The translations under genes and the position numbers were made by a program. Below, piece after piece: positions 40,921 through 54,753 of a DNA stretch of 64,000 nt. The DNA comes from Octopus vulgaris. Lineage: Eukaryota. The notes under the pieces are model-generated. The model did not search any database. It had not been told where the DNA came from and saw nothing but the letters and a program-made list of their open reading frames with translations. The DNA lies in assembly GCA_951406725.2 (NCBI GenBank), contig OX597814.1, positions 150,660,001 through 150,724,000 of the forward strand, read 5' to 3'. Positions within the stretch are counted from its first letter, which is position 1. The number at the start of each line of letters is the position of its first letter.

Positions 40921-40957
40921 GTATATATATATATGTATATATGTATGTGTATATGTA

Positions 40958-41022
<65 letters not shown>

Positions 41023-41085
41023 GTGTATATATATATATACTCTGTATTCACTTGCTTCAGCTTTGTTTCATATTAATTGTACTTC

Positions 41086-41130
41086 GTCCAGAATTCTTTC
41101 GTCACCCTTCTGTGACCTCATCAGTGATCC
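41086..41130 (-). ncRNA. Hammerhead ribozyme motif (left arm of fold-back)
   Basis: GGATCA-CTGATGA-G-GTCAC-AGAAGG-GTGAC-GAAA-GAAT-TC-TGGAC; canonical core. Confidence 0.78.
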
Positions 41131-41225
41131 TTTTGTTTCCCCCTTCCTAACGACATGCCATTTTGGAATTCAAAATGACAGATCGTTCGGAAGAAGAAAA
41201 AGAAAAAAATGAGGAAGAAAGCAAA

Positions 41226-41270
41226 GGACCACTGATGAGGTCACAGAAGTGTGACGAAAAATCTCTGGCC
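41226..41270 (+). ncRNA. Hammerhead ribozyme motif (right arm of fold-back)
   Basis: GGACCA-CTGATGA-G-GTCAC-AGAAGT-GTGAC-GAAA-AATC-TC-TGGCC; canonical core, stem I CCA/TGG. Confidence 0.8.
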
Positions 41271-41283
41271 GAAATACAATTAA

Positions 41284-42252
41284 TCTATATATATAAAACT
41301 GAGAATGTGTGTGTGTCTGTCTGTCTGTGTGAATCCCTAAAGCTTGAGAACTACACAACCAATTTCATTCAAATTTTACACATGCCTGATTTAGGGTCAA
41401 TGTAATGTCATGGGCAAAAACATTTCTAACTTCTTGCCTAGGGCGAACCCACAGCAATATCATATCTTCTCCACTATTTCAATATTACATGTTAAAAGTG
41501 AAACAAAAGCATCTCTCTATTGTAATGTCAGATACTTTCACTTTAATACTGAAACTATTACAGTCAAACTATTATATAAGAGGGATGAACCATTAACAGT
41601 GGACATCCATTTTGCTAGAAGAAGATCCGCTATGGTCTTATATGCTACATCACTGGTTTTCAATTCATATTAATCAAATTAATATTCAATTTCTCACCCT
41701 TATTTCAAATTTAAATTTAAACCCAGGACCATGTGTTTTGGAACGAAGTTTGTTACCACACAGCCACACCTGCACCTATGTATGTGTGTGTGTATGTCTA
41801 TAGCTGTATATGTATACATTTATTTTCTATACATATAGAAGTATATGTATATATGTATATGTGTAGATTTATATATATATATATATATAGGTGTACTTGT
41901 AAACATGTAACAAATTGTGTGGTAACAAACTTCGTTCCAAAACACATGGTCCTGGCTTCAGTCCCACTGTGTGGTAACTTGGCATGTGTCTTCTGCTATA
42001 GCCTCAGACCAACCAAAGCCTTGTCAGTGGATTTTGTAGACAGAAACTGAAAGAAATCAATCGTATATATATGTATGTATATATGTGAGTCTGTGTGTGT
42101 GTCTTGTGTTTCTCCCACATTACTGCCTTACAACTGGTGTTCGTTTATTTACATCTCCATAACTTACTGGTTTCACAAGAAGAAACTGATAGAATAAGTA
42201 CCAGGCTTATTCTATATGTGTGTGTATATATATATATATACTACACACACAC

Positions 42253-42304
<52 letters not shown>

Positions 42305-44137
42305 TACACACATAGGCGCAGGAGTGGCTGTTTGGTAAGTAGCTTGCTAACCAACCACATGGTTCCGGGTTCAGTCCCACTGCGTGGCATCTTGGGCACG
42401 TGTCTTCTGCTATAGCCCCGGGCCGACCAATGCCTTGTGAGTGGATTTGGTAGACGGAAACTGAAAGAAGCCTGTCGTATATATGTATATATATATAAGT
42501 GTGTGCGAATATGTTTGTGTGTCTGTGTTTGTTCCCCTAGCATTGCTTGACAACCGATGCTGGTGTGTTTACGTCCCCGTAACTTAGCGGTTCGGCAAAA
42601 GAGACCGATAGAATAAGTACTGGGCTTACAAAGAATAAGTGCCGGTGTCGATTTGCTCGACTAAAGGCGGTGCTCCAGCATGGCCGCAGTCAAATGACTG
42701 AAACAAGTAAAAAGAGTAAAAAGAAAAAGAGTAACACGCACGCACACACATATATATGTATATGTGTACATTCATATTTATTATATCAAAGACAATGTCT
42801 TTATGTGTTCGTGTATTACTTATACATTCGAAAATTGCTGCACCGATCATAATGAAATTTGGAACACAAAATCGAAGCCTAGGGAGAAGGGTAATGCTGT
42901 TTGTTTCATACAATTCCAAGGACCAAAATTACTGAATGGATCCTTATGATATTTGAAACTTAGATTCTATGCATAAGGGCCACAACCCCCATGACAATTC
43001 ATATATTTTTGCTGTTGATAAAATTTTAACCATAGATATTAGATACAAATATAGTAATATTTATAAAATTTAATCTTCTTACAAGCTAGAAAGACCCCGT
43101 CATCGGCACTTAACACCCACAATTTTGTCATTTTATCTAAGCAAAGACGAATAGTTGTATTCTTGGAAGCTGTGGGGTCATCCGAGCATAGAAGATGAGC
43201 ATTATTTGTAAGTCAATGGTACAACAGTGTAAGAGTTTGCTTTGACATACACTTAGATTGTGATTTCTGCACTGTGCTGCATAAATTGTCAAGTAAGTGA
43301 GAGGCATCTTTGCCTCCACTGATTCAGTTGCAAAGTGTTGAGTAAAGTTATTTGATTTCAGATCTCCTTTCAGTCTTTTTATTATCACTGGGTCACACAT
43401 AGTCCCCACATGGTAACATTGATTTCAAAGCCTTCCCAGATGAGTGACTGCTTATTCAAAGACATTTATAGGTTCTATATTTATTCTGTCCAGTTACGTA
43501 TCAGTATAGTGGTCATTTGCAAACTCCAACTCTCATTTCTCCTTAGCCCTCACGTCACACAGTTGTTAATGTTTATTTCAGTTGGGTCACGCCCTTCCAA
43601 TTGCTATAGATTCGTAATGCATCTTACGGTTGTGCTTGTCACCTGCATAGTGAGGAATACTACATTGGGAGTGGTAACAGCTAGGGTATTGTGATCATTC
43701 GTCTTTTGGTTTCTCTTTTACAAACCCAGTGAACATAAATTTCCTATTTCAAAGAAATTCAAACAATAGATATAAGACCCAAGTTAAAAAGATTCTCAAC
43801 AATTCAACTTCTCTGGTTGACATTAAGATGCCCACCCCCAATAGGGGCGTTAACTCCCACATTTTAGAGCTCCATGATCTCCATTTCTCAGGAGCAAAAT
43901 CCTTTTAACAGGTTCTATAAGACTGGAATTTTGGAATATGCGCATAAAAATCCGTAGTATGTGATAAATGTGGCACGATTACAATTTTGTTTGGGTGTGT
44001 AAAGAGGGAAATAACCATCATCTGCAATTTTGATGAAATTCGAAACATAGGTATTCCAGTTAATTACAGAAAATATAACTGAAAAGTCTAATTATTCAAT
44101 TGTATGTAACTCGGGCAACGCCGGGTAACTCTGCTTG
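41284..44137 (+). mobile_element. Non-autonomous Helitron (2854 bp, with nested SINEs)
   Basis: 5' TCTATATATATAAA; 3' hairpin CTCGGGCAACGCCGGG followed by CTTG (degenerate CTAG); inserted between A and T with no TSD. The flanks rejoin as ACAATTAA|TATGAAA, matching the uninterrupted left arm of the fold-back. Confidence 0.85.
42314..42734 (+). mobile_element. tRNA-derived CORE-like SINE, family A, intact young copy (resembles Octopus SINEs)
   Basis: A box TGGCTGTTTGGTAAG, B box GGTTCAGTCCC, CORE-like CATCTTGGGCACGTGTCTTC, internal microsatellite, GTAAAAAGA-repeat tail. Confidence 0.93.
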
Positions 44138-45379
44138 TATGAAAATAAGCTGAAGCAAGTGAACACACAATATATAATGCGCGGAGTTTCATTGCCTAAA
44201 TTGGCAATATGACCATCCCCAAAAACAACTATATATATGTGTGTGCGTGTGTGTGTTTAAATATATATATTTGCGTGTATTTCATTATAAGAGAACGTAA
44301 AAATACTTAATGCAATTCTATATGATATACGCATATAATAATATTTTTAAATGACATAGAATGGCCGAGCAAATAAGATGGTAGCTTCGCAATCAAGAGT
44401 TCCTGGTTTTGGTCTTATTGTATGTCGTCTTTGGAACACTCTTTTCGCAATTATCTCAAGTTAGGTCAGCCCTTGTCGATGAAAGTGGGTGGGTAGGTAG
44501 AAACTATGCGGAGGACTGTTAGACCAATTGTCCATTTAAAGGTACATGCTTGTCACATACTGTGTTTGAGAATCATGCTAAGGGTGCCAGACACTTGCTC
44601 ATTCAACTGAATCATCCTCGTCAAAATCGACGAGTCCATTTAGTTTTCGGTTGATTTAATTCGCTTTAAATATTTTTACAACCAGCCTTATTTATCCGAT
44701 TGTATTCTAGAGTAGGAACAGAAACACACTCTTGCACACACAGATAATTACTCATATACAAAAAAACGGGCACACACTCTCACTCACACGGATACACACT
44801 CTCACTCACACGGATACACACTCTCATACACACGGAACTCACACGCATACACACATACACTGCCAAAGCTATCTCGTTTAGCCAGTTTTATTTGGTCCTG
44901 ATTGTTGTTCAGTCGGGGTACAGTCGGTCAAATAAAGCTGGTTACACGAAACCTTTTCATATCAATTTCTCATTCCGTTACTACATACACTAACATACAC
45001 ACACCCTTTTAACGCAGACACACATAACACATATGTATAGATATACATACCTGCATGTTTATGTCTGTGGATGAGTGCGAATTTGGCAAAAAAGAGAACA
45101 CAAATGGAAGATGCTTATAGTCTATATTTCGACAATGGAAGGACGAAATGTAAAGTCTACCTCGGGGCGATTTCAAATAAGCATGTAAAAAATATATATC
45201 TAAATACATCACATGCCTTAAGTCCCCTATTTTCTGCCAATCATTCACCTTCTTGTGTGTATTATTGAAAATACATTTGTTGGTAACTGTATTTTATTCT
45301 AAAGAAAAAAAGATTTGAAATTTTCATTTTTAGCCACATATTTTGTTTGGAGGAAGGCCGTGGTTTTCGAAATCCCTTT

Positions 45380-45830
45380 GTGTTACCGTGATTGAGGTTC
45401 TTATTTAAACGCTGCAAATTGATGAATACAGGAAGAACATGGGTAAAGAGGGAATTTCAGACGACTGGCGTTCAGTGAAAGAATGAACCGGATCGGTTAA
45501 GTGCAAGACTTATTAGTGAACAGGACAAGAATGAAAAGAAGAATCGAGTCATGTGAATTAGATGAGCTTGTGGGAAGAAGCCTGAGAAAATAGCCATTAA
45601 CGAGGTACAAGTCCACTGCTGTAGTTTTCTGAATGTGACCCAGGTTGTCCGTAATGTGGCATGGCAGAAAGGTAGGAGCGAGCACTGATGCTGAAAATGT
45701 ATTCTAATGCGGATCTCATTTGAACTTAGGATAGTCCAATTAACTGTTAGGTTTTGAAGCGTTTCTTGGCCTTCAGAGGAAGTTTAGTGATTCAATTCTT
45801 GTTCTGTTGCGGAGCTGAGATCCCTAGAAG
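45380..45830 (-). mobile_element. CR1/Jockey-group LINE RT C-terminal relic
   Basis: Broken minus-strand translation ..NLGHIQK..SFFH*TPVV*NSLFTHVLPVFINLQRLNK, resembling the SFF.R...WNSLP..VFP...L..FK end of CR1-like RTs. Confidence 0.55.
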
Positions 45831-46841
45831 ACATCATAAATGAATTCGGGGCCTACAAACTGTACCAGCAATTAAGGTTTTAATTGCATGTTATCGAAAT
45901 AATTCGAGTGACCTAAGTTATTGGCGTTTCTCTTACAGCGCAGAAATAAGAATATTCTATCGTGTGTGTCGCATCTATTAACACCACTTTACCACTTCCT
46001 AAATGTTGCTATTAGCTTTCTTCCAACAACCAGGACAGATTTCGCTCTAGGAATTTGGTATTAATGTGATGACAAACTCACTTATATGCATCTTAAATTT
46101 TATGCTATATTGTGTTATTAATAATACGTGAAACGGTATGTGTGTACGTGTGTGTGTATGTGTGTGTACGTGTTTTTGATAATGGATACAAGCATGTCAA
46201 AGGATTAAATAATTTGCTTCACATTCAGGTGATTCATGGTTTGATGCAGTTGCCCAGCACCTTGAGCAAGTGTTTCCTACCAGAATTTCTAGTCATCCCG
46301 CTCTTTGTTAGCACATTAATTATAGTCATGTTAATCATTTTATCATGTATGAGATGTCAAAACCTTTTCAAGCAACATATGTATATCGTTCCTTTTGCAA
46401 TATTTATATCTAAAATCCCTTGACTTCTGAGTGTAAAACTTGCATTGGGAAAATGCATAGAGAAACATCGCTTTAGAGAGTTAACAACAATTTCCTGAAG
46501 CTCTGCAATGATTGCAGTAAGCCGAATGAAAGCGATCATAAACATTCATTATAAAGACTCTAGCCTGCAGTAAAACTAGTAAAAACATCACCCCCATTAA
46601 GATAAAGGCAGGAAGGAACGCGAACTTAGTTCAACGCAAGAACATCTCCTTTTTTCTATTTATTTGTTATACGTTAATGGTAGCAAAAAGTCAAGAATAA
46701 TAAGAAATATTGATATCCTGATAGAACAAAAATAGTTGTCAGGTAAAGGGAAGAATAGTCGTGTATCTCAATTTTAAAAGATTATGGTCATCGAAAGGAA
46801 ACATTTACCGTACACAGACATACATGCATACATACACACAT

Positions 46842-46876
<35 letters not shown>

Positions 46877-46921
46877 CATGCATACATACACAGACACACA
46901 CTTATATATACATATACATAT

Positions 46922-47869
46922 TGTTACGGAGATGAATAAACGGGAAAACGTTAAGCCCTAGTTCCGTTGGCTGGAGTTGAACCGGCGGGAAAATTTTTTT
47001 AAATAATCTTTTGTCCTGCCAACGGCAAGGGAAATTAATGAGTTTAGGATGTAAACTCTGATCCCAACGGTCAGGGAAAGGTTATGAAAAAATAAAAATG
47101 CCACCCTTTAAAATGCGATGGGCTGGTGCTAGCGGGACAGACAGCGAAGGGCCGGAAAAGAGTTCGGTTGGGAAGAGACAGCAGTCGATACGGAGAGTCA
47201 GCCAGAAGATGGTGATGGCGAGAGGCAACGGCGAGGCGGACAGGCAGAGAATATGAGAATTGACAGGCGAGAGGTAGAAAAAGATTGACAGCGAAGGGGC
47301 AGTGAGAGGCACACAAAGAAGCTGGACTACTATAGTGGGTTCAGAAACATTCGGTATTGTTGTTTATGTTTCGATTTGTGTTTTGGACTTTGATGTTGAA
47401 TGTAAAGAAAGGCGACTCTGTGACGTACTCCGTTGAAAAGAAAAGGGGAAAAAAAGAACTTGTAAATGTTTAAAGAAAATTAAAGAGAAAGACTATTTGT
47501 TTGATTCTGTAATGTCTTGCATGTCAACCAATTTGATTGTTTTGAAAAGTCAGACGTTGTCATTTTGCTAAATGACATTGATTGTTTTGATTGTTTTTAA
47601 CTTTGTATTACGTTTGATTGATTTTGTAAAGTTATAAATTGTTAAATGTCTGTTAACCTTGTTTTTAAATGTATTTGAAATGTTTTAATTGATTTTGTGA
47701 ATTATATAAACTGTACGTTGCCTCCACTGTCTCTCTCCTTTGTTGTTGTCGTCTCTCGTTACTGGTTTGCGTTCGCTTCCCCCTCCCGCTTTCTGTGGAG
47801 GATTTCCGTTTCACTGAACGTAGTCGTCGTCGCCGACTTAGGGTCCTGAGTTGAGTTGAGCGACGGTCG

Positions 47870-47874
<5 letters not shown>
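46922..47874. mobile_element. Solo LTR (probably Gypsy-type), 953 bp
   Basis: TGTTACG...CGCAACA termini (TG..CA with short inverted ends), ATAT on both sides, no ORF, inserted in a TA array. Confidence 0.8.
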
Positions 47875-47919
<45 letters not shown>

Positions 47920-48032
47920 TATATATACATATATATATATGCACACATATATATACATATATATATACATATATATATACATATATATATGTATATACAT
48001 ATATATATATACATATATATATATGTATATAC

Positions 48033-48071
<39 letters not shown>

Positions 48072-48358
48072 CATATATATATACATATATATATACATAC
48101 ATATATATATATACATATATATACATATATATTTATATACATATATATATATACATATATATATATATACACATATATATATATATACATATATATACAT
48201 ATACATATATATACATATATATATAGACATATATATACATATACATATATATATACACATATATATACATATACATATATATATACACATATATATACAT
48301 ATACATATATATATATATACATATATATACATATACATATATATATACATATATATAC

Positions 48359-48397
<39 letters not shown>

Positions 48398-48398
48398 C

Positions 48399-48449
<51 letters not shown>

Positions 48450-48450
48450 A
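47875..48450. repeat. Compound (TA)n/(TACA) microsatellite
   Basis: About 575 bp of TA-based low complexity; source of the YI-rich pseudo-ORFs. Confidence 0.97.
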
Positions 48451-48455
48451 ACATA

Positions 48456-49653
48456 CAGCGTTCGTAAGATATTTGAGGACAGATTTATGCTTACAGCATC
48501 TCTTATTATTTAACAGACATATAGTAACAGATAATAACTTAATATGCTATGAGCATAGAAATAAACCTTGTTTTCTATAATGTTATTCAATAAAGCCACC
48601 TTCAGCTTCAACCGTCCGTTCAACAAGTGCTTCTATATGAGACCTAAATCATCTACATGCTCGAACCAAGTGGTCCTGGTTCAAATTGGATATTACTCTG
48701 ACAATGGTAGCTTTCAAAGAACCTTTGGTGTTCCGGGCGTGTTCTGTGACCTCTCTCTCAGCAACACTCCACATGTAATAGTCCAATGGATTGAGATCTG
48801 GCGAATTAGGAGGCCAAATGTTAGGGCTTATGTGATCATGAAAATGATAATTATGTGATAATGCAGAATCTTACTGAAAGACATATGGCCTTCCATTGCA
48901 TACGCAATTATTTCCAGGACCTCAATTTTGGCGGCAGAGTTAACTCTAAAGCCTTGTGGAAAGAAGTAAGGAGGCATCACAAGTCCTTCATTGCTGGCAA
49001 CCCCTAAATCCATGACACTTGCATGAAATTTTGCATGCATAACAATTGGACCTTCAAAAGGGTCTGCACGTAATCATCTGTCATTTCTTCTGTTAACTTT
49101 TTGATCTTGGTCGAAGTTTTACTCGTTTGAGAAAAAACAAATCAAATCTTTTGCTAGATTTTTCAGTTTGTTTTAAGAGCGTTTTAGATCTGATGTAGTG
49201 ATTTTCTTTTGCCTTTTCTGAAAAATTGACCTTTCCTCATCACATATGACTTATATCTGTTCTCTTCTTGGACAACATATCTGACTGTTCCTTCTGACAC
49301 ATGGAGATCTTTTGCAATTGACCTCATGGACTTTCTGGGATGGTAATCAATGATCTGTTGAACTTGCTGGATAAATTCAGGTGTTCTAATGATTTCAGAG
49401 CGTGTAGAATGCTTTGGTGATGTGCTTCAGTCTCTAGCTCGTTACAAACTTTGTAGACGAAATGTCTGCTGAATTTAAAACATCGAGATATTTCTAAATT
49501 GCTATGCTCAGCCTTTATAACCACAATGACAGCATGCCTTTTCATTTCTTGAAGGGTCTGCCATTATTATTTCCTAAAACAAAGATTATACAGTGTTAGT
49601 AAAAAATGCAGCAATGACCCAAAAAAGGCATGTCCCCAAATACCTTACGCACC

Positions 49654-49656
<3 letters not shown>
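48456..49656 (-). mobile_element. Tc1/mariner superfamily transposon relic (DD37D/maT-like), transposase pseudogene
   Basis: TIRs CAGCGTTCGTAAGATATTTGAGGACA / TGTCCCCAAATACCTTACGCACCCTG with flanking TA; remnants MKRHAVIVVIKAEHSNLEIS, FFSNE*NFDQDQKVNRRNDR, YVFQ*DSA, WPPNSPDLNPLDYYMWSV. Confidence 0.92.
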
Positions 49657-49700
<44 letters not shown>

Positions 49701-49863
49701 CATACGCAGTGAAGCTATACATTAGCGTCGTATTTATTACGTTCGCTATTTTCCAGTAAATATCGATACTTCGTTGTATCATTTCTTTACTTTTATGTAT
49801 AATTTACCCTCACGGGCTATTCTTTACTGGAAAACAATACTCTAGTATTGCATTACTATTTTC

Positions 49864-49921
<58 letters not shown>

Positions 49922-50545
49922 CGTTTACTTCGGTGGATGTTATTGTAACAACTTTTTAGGACCCTATATCGTTCGGCCTCCTCAGATTCCTATCTTATTG
50001 TCTTGTTCTATAACGTTCTCGGAATGTCGAACTGAAATCATTATTTAACTTGCAGTTTAAATTATCCCATTCTATTTAACACAACGGTGTTGTTCTCTTA
50101 TTAGTTATTCTACCACTTGCGTTGTCGCTTACTCAATCCGCTTGAATCACTGTATATGCATACATTATTTGCATACATCTATATAAACATGCTTATGAAT
50201 ATGCCAAATAAAGATGGAAAGGGATAGGGAAAGGGACGAGAGAGAGGCTACGATACAAATAGTATTAGAAACGGTAAACATACACATGCACTCATACATA
50301 CACACACATAAACACACACACACACACACACGCACGAATGCGCGCATACACACACACGCAATATATCTAATCCTTCAGATTAAACAGTAAAATCAGTCGA
50401 CCTTATTTGACCCATGCATATTTGGTGGGCTAATACAGTCCTCATATTAATCTTTATTCAATTCGGTTTATACACACCATATACGTACGTTTGTCTATAT
50501 AATAAATATATATGAACACACACACACACGTGCGCGCGCGCAGAT

Positions 50546-50586
<41 letters not shown>

Positions 50587-50599
50587 CACACACACATAC

Positions 50600-50749
50600 A
50601 GGCATAGACGTGACTGTATGGTATGAAGCATGCTTCCCAGCCACAAGTCTCACATATTGGCACTTTGGGCATGTATCTTCTACTATAGCCTTGTTCCCAC
50701 TAAAGTCTTGTGAGTGGATTTATTTGACGGAAACTGAAAGAAGTCCGTC

Positions 50750-50794
<45 letters not shown>

Positions 50795-50992
50795 TTATAT
50801 ATATAATTTGTGTGTGTCTGTGTTTGTCCCCCCCTCCATTGCTAGACAACCGATGTTGATGTGTTTACGTCCACGTAACCTAGCGTTTCGGCAAAAGAAA
50901 CTGATAGAATAAGTCCTGGGGTCGATTCGTTCGATTGAAAACCTTGCTCCAGTACGGTCGCAGTCAAATGACTGAAACAAGTAAAAGAATAA
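50600..50992 (+). mobile_element. SINE family A (diverged)
   Basis: Colinear with 42314-42734. Confidence 0.82.
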
Positions 50993-51001
50993 ATATATAT
51001 A

Positions 51002-51075
<74 letters not shown>

Positions 51076-52179
51076 TATATACAGGCATATACATATACAT
51101 ATATGCATGCATACATTCATGCAGCCATCTATACATCTATATATACACACACACACGCAAATACAAATATATATAAATACGATACACACACACATGTGCT
51201 TTAACATGATACCCGAAAATATTAAACCAGAAATATTTTGCTAACAGGCAAGCATGTATTGCATTATATTGCAGTGACGCAACATTTGTTTGCCTTCTAA
51301 TACATATAATAGTTTTGAGAGTACCTCGAACGAATCATTCCTAACGTTCTTTTCTTTAAATTTTATATCCCATTGTGCTGACCAACATATTATGTTGCAA
51401 ACATGCCTTTTCCAACAGCGCTAATTTCTGTATATTTATGTGTAAATATGATAGTTTCCACTGCGAATACCTACACTATACAATATCATCATCTTATTGC
51501 TTAATCAGAGGAAGGAATTTGTCTCCTCGACCTTTGCAGGTCTCCAAGTTTACTGGAGCGAGAAAGGCAGAAATAAAGTATCACTCATAAATTGCTTCAG
51601 TAACAAATACCGCATGATGATATCGAATTACCATTAAAGCAGAGAACTTTCCCGAAGAACTTGCAAACCATTAACTTCGCTAAAATCACATAACAACCAG
51701 GTGCTAGTGGTGGACTTGATATTAAGCCTGGAGACGAATAAAGACACAAAAATAGTATCGTTGATATCCAGTGAGGAAACCTAAAAGTTTATATACGCAA
51801 GTATATAATTTTACATTTCATAAAATTAATTCTAATTCAAACCTGCACATTATGACAACATTTTTTGCTATCGGAGCTTTACTAATTTTGACGTTAGTCA
51901 ACTCCAAACTGCATCGCCTTTATATTTTTAATGACTTGTGTATCTTATACCCTTACAACTACATAGATTGTAAAGACAGTTTATTGAAAATGTGTTTGTG
52001 TATGTGTGTACTTGAATGTACATATGTATATATGTACTTGTTTCAGTCATTAGAGTGCGGCGATTTTGGGGTACTGCCTTGAAGAATTTTTAGTAGAATG
52101 AATCCACCTTGGTATTTGTTTTCTCTGTTAAGATTGGCACTAATTCAATCGGTTAAGAATAGACTAAGCAGACCAGAAA

Positions 52180-52336
52180 GTGACACATGGGATAAAGAGT
52201 TACTAAAGAGGTCACAGGATGTGTGACGAAAGATTTCAGACAAAGGACGCTAAAATAATAATAATAATACTAAAGCTGAACTGAAGAACATGTATATAGT
52301 GCGGGTGATTAACTGGAAAAACAAAACAAGTTACCA
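52180..52336 (+). mobile_element. Degenerate PLE 3' tail with decayed hammerhead (same family as 41226/44138/60441)
   Basis: CTAAAGA-G-GTCAC-AGGATGT-GTGAC-GAAA-GATT-TC, then ..GCTGAA..ATATAGTGCG..AACTGG..CGAAGTATAACAATAT into an (ATCT)n(TA)n array. Confidence 0.65.
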
Positions 52337-52356
52337 GCTCGAAGTATAACAATATA

Positions 52357-52512
<156 letters not shown>

Positions 52513-52519
52513 ACACACG

Positions 52520-52682
52520 ACGAGCTCTTTCAGTTTCCCTTTACGAAATCCACTCATAAGGCGTTGGTTGGCCCGATGCTATGGTAGAAGACACCTGGCG
52601 GAGGTGCCAAACTGTGAATCTGAACCGGGAACCATGTAGTTGGTAGGTACGTTTATTATCCCACAGCCAAACCTGCACCTGC
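52520..52682 (-). mobile_element. SINE family A 5' half
   Basis: Reverse complement of the family-A head. Confidence 0.8.
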
Positions 52683-52699
52683 ATATATGTATGTGTGTG

Positions 52700-52754
<55 letters not shown>

Positions 52755-54753
52755 TTATTTATTTATCTATCTGTCATAGGCACAAAGACTTACATGTACG
52801 TATGCGCATGTACACATGGAAACACCAATTACGCCCGCATACACACGCATACACACATGCGAACACACATGCAACATATCCATATTAAGATACATGTCGC
52901 CCGACGTCTGTGATTCGTTGTCATTAGTACCAAGGCCAGTGTCTTTATGAAGAAAAACTTCTTTATTAGATCTGAAAAGACAAATGTTAAATTCCATCAC
53001 AATTTTATTTGAAATTATAAAATTACCGTACTTCATAGTGTTCGGAATGTATATAAATTCTCTCCTTATTTTTTCGTCTTCACTGTGTCCTGTAAAGTAG
53101 CGTTGGCGCTTAATAAAAAATCAAACGTCCATTGGTAGAATTTATGCAATATGAACAACAAAGAGTCGAAACAAGTATCATATATTTTCCTTACTCGCCT
53201 AACAGGTAAAATTTACATAATATGTTCGAAAATTATAATTTTTTTCGTTTGAAAATTTTCAATTATCTAAGATTTTACTAAAACATCTATTCCCCCACAC
53301 TAAACAAATAAAGAAATAAAAGAAAGACAGAAACTCCAGGTGTGAATTTTAATTAATATCTGCGCATAAAATCTGTTGGCATCAAAGTTGTTCGTAATTG
53401 TTCTTTTGTTCGGTGATTTTGAATTCATTGACCAGCTGAGATTCATAACAGTCCACTCATTTTGTCTTTGTCACAGACTACTCTATCAAGCTGGTAAATG
53501 CATTATGTAGGAGTATTGAGGGACATGTCATTTTGATATTATTTGTATTAAAACCTGCAACACTCTAATCAACAACAGAACTGTTTAAAATATTTAAATA
53601 ATTAGAGGTGCTCAAAATAGTGGAGTCTAATATAGAGCTGTATACAATTCTGCTGTTTGAAAAAGCAAAGAAAATAATCTTGATCGCGCTTACAGTCCTA
53701 TGTGATTACACCTTTAAATGAAAACATACTAAGTATCAGAAAATATACTAAGTATCAGAAACTTTGGAAGATTTGAAAGAGAAGGGATATATCATGGCTA
53801 TTCAGAGTCAAGGTTACCTGTATAGAATTCCAGTCCCGTCAGTACTGAGAATTCGTACAACCAATGGAATAAAAGGCAAAGAGTGAAAGGTAGCTGTGCG
53901 AAGGATGGTAGATGCAGCAGCCTCTTGCTAGTTATGGAACAAGACAGAGGAGTTATGTTGGAAGACACTACCGATACATCTACGGGAGGACGTTATGCTT
54001 CGCGCTCAAAACACCTAATGATCTTTGGATACCATTTGATGACATCACTTCCTTCTCGTCGAAGCTACATTCATTAAAAGTGAATGTGGGAGAAGCATAT
54101 TTTAGATGTTATCAATATCCTTTAAAATCTTCATGTACAATCGAACTTGGAAATATCTTAGCTACAGAAACAGACTGTTCTTATGTTAATTATGGTTTCT
54201 TACTGTTCCTATAATCAGTTAATTACATCTTGACCAAATGTTGCCTATAACAACAAATTTACTATTTGTTGTTATAATATAAGAACAACAGTTCATAGTA
54301 GATAGATTCGATGAATAATAGTTGACGAAGCGTATCGACAGAGATGCACGTTTCCTAGGGTCCGATGACATCATTCCTCCCTTAGAGTAATGTGTTTTCA
54401 TAATCAATGTCAGTAAAGAGAATTTCTCTACCACAACTGTTACCTTAGCGAATGTATTTCATGTTTCTGTATAGACTAACCTATTAAATATATATGCTCA
54501 CGTTTTTATTTAACATATTGCCGTGCATTTCTTCTGACAAACGGTAATGTGTATTGTTTTAAGAACAATGTTACATCACATAGCCTATATATGATATAAT
54601 CGGATTTTGAGATCGCACCTTCACAGTTTTAGGCCTTCACACTCTGTTTAGTTACATACTATTCCAAAAGTAAAATCGTAAAAAAATATGACAAGATGTT
54701 ATGACCTTGAGTCCAAGAGTGGCTGCACTTACTGTTAATATTGATACCGTTCT

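Noticed and set aside
49950-50000. CTGAGGA-GGCC on the minus strand as another hammerhead
   Set aside because: No GAAA box or stem III in the right position.
53760-54220. Coding-looking segment (..LVMEQDRGV..)
   Set aside because: Stops in all frames; at best a decayed LINE 3' end and not supportable as a gene.
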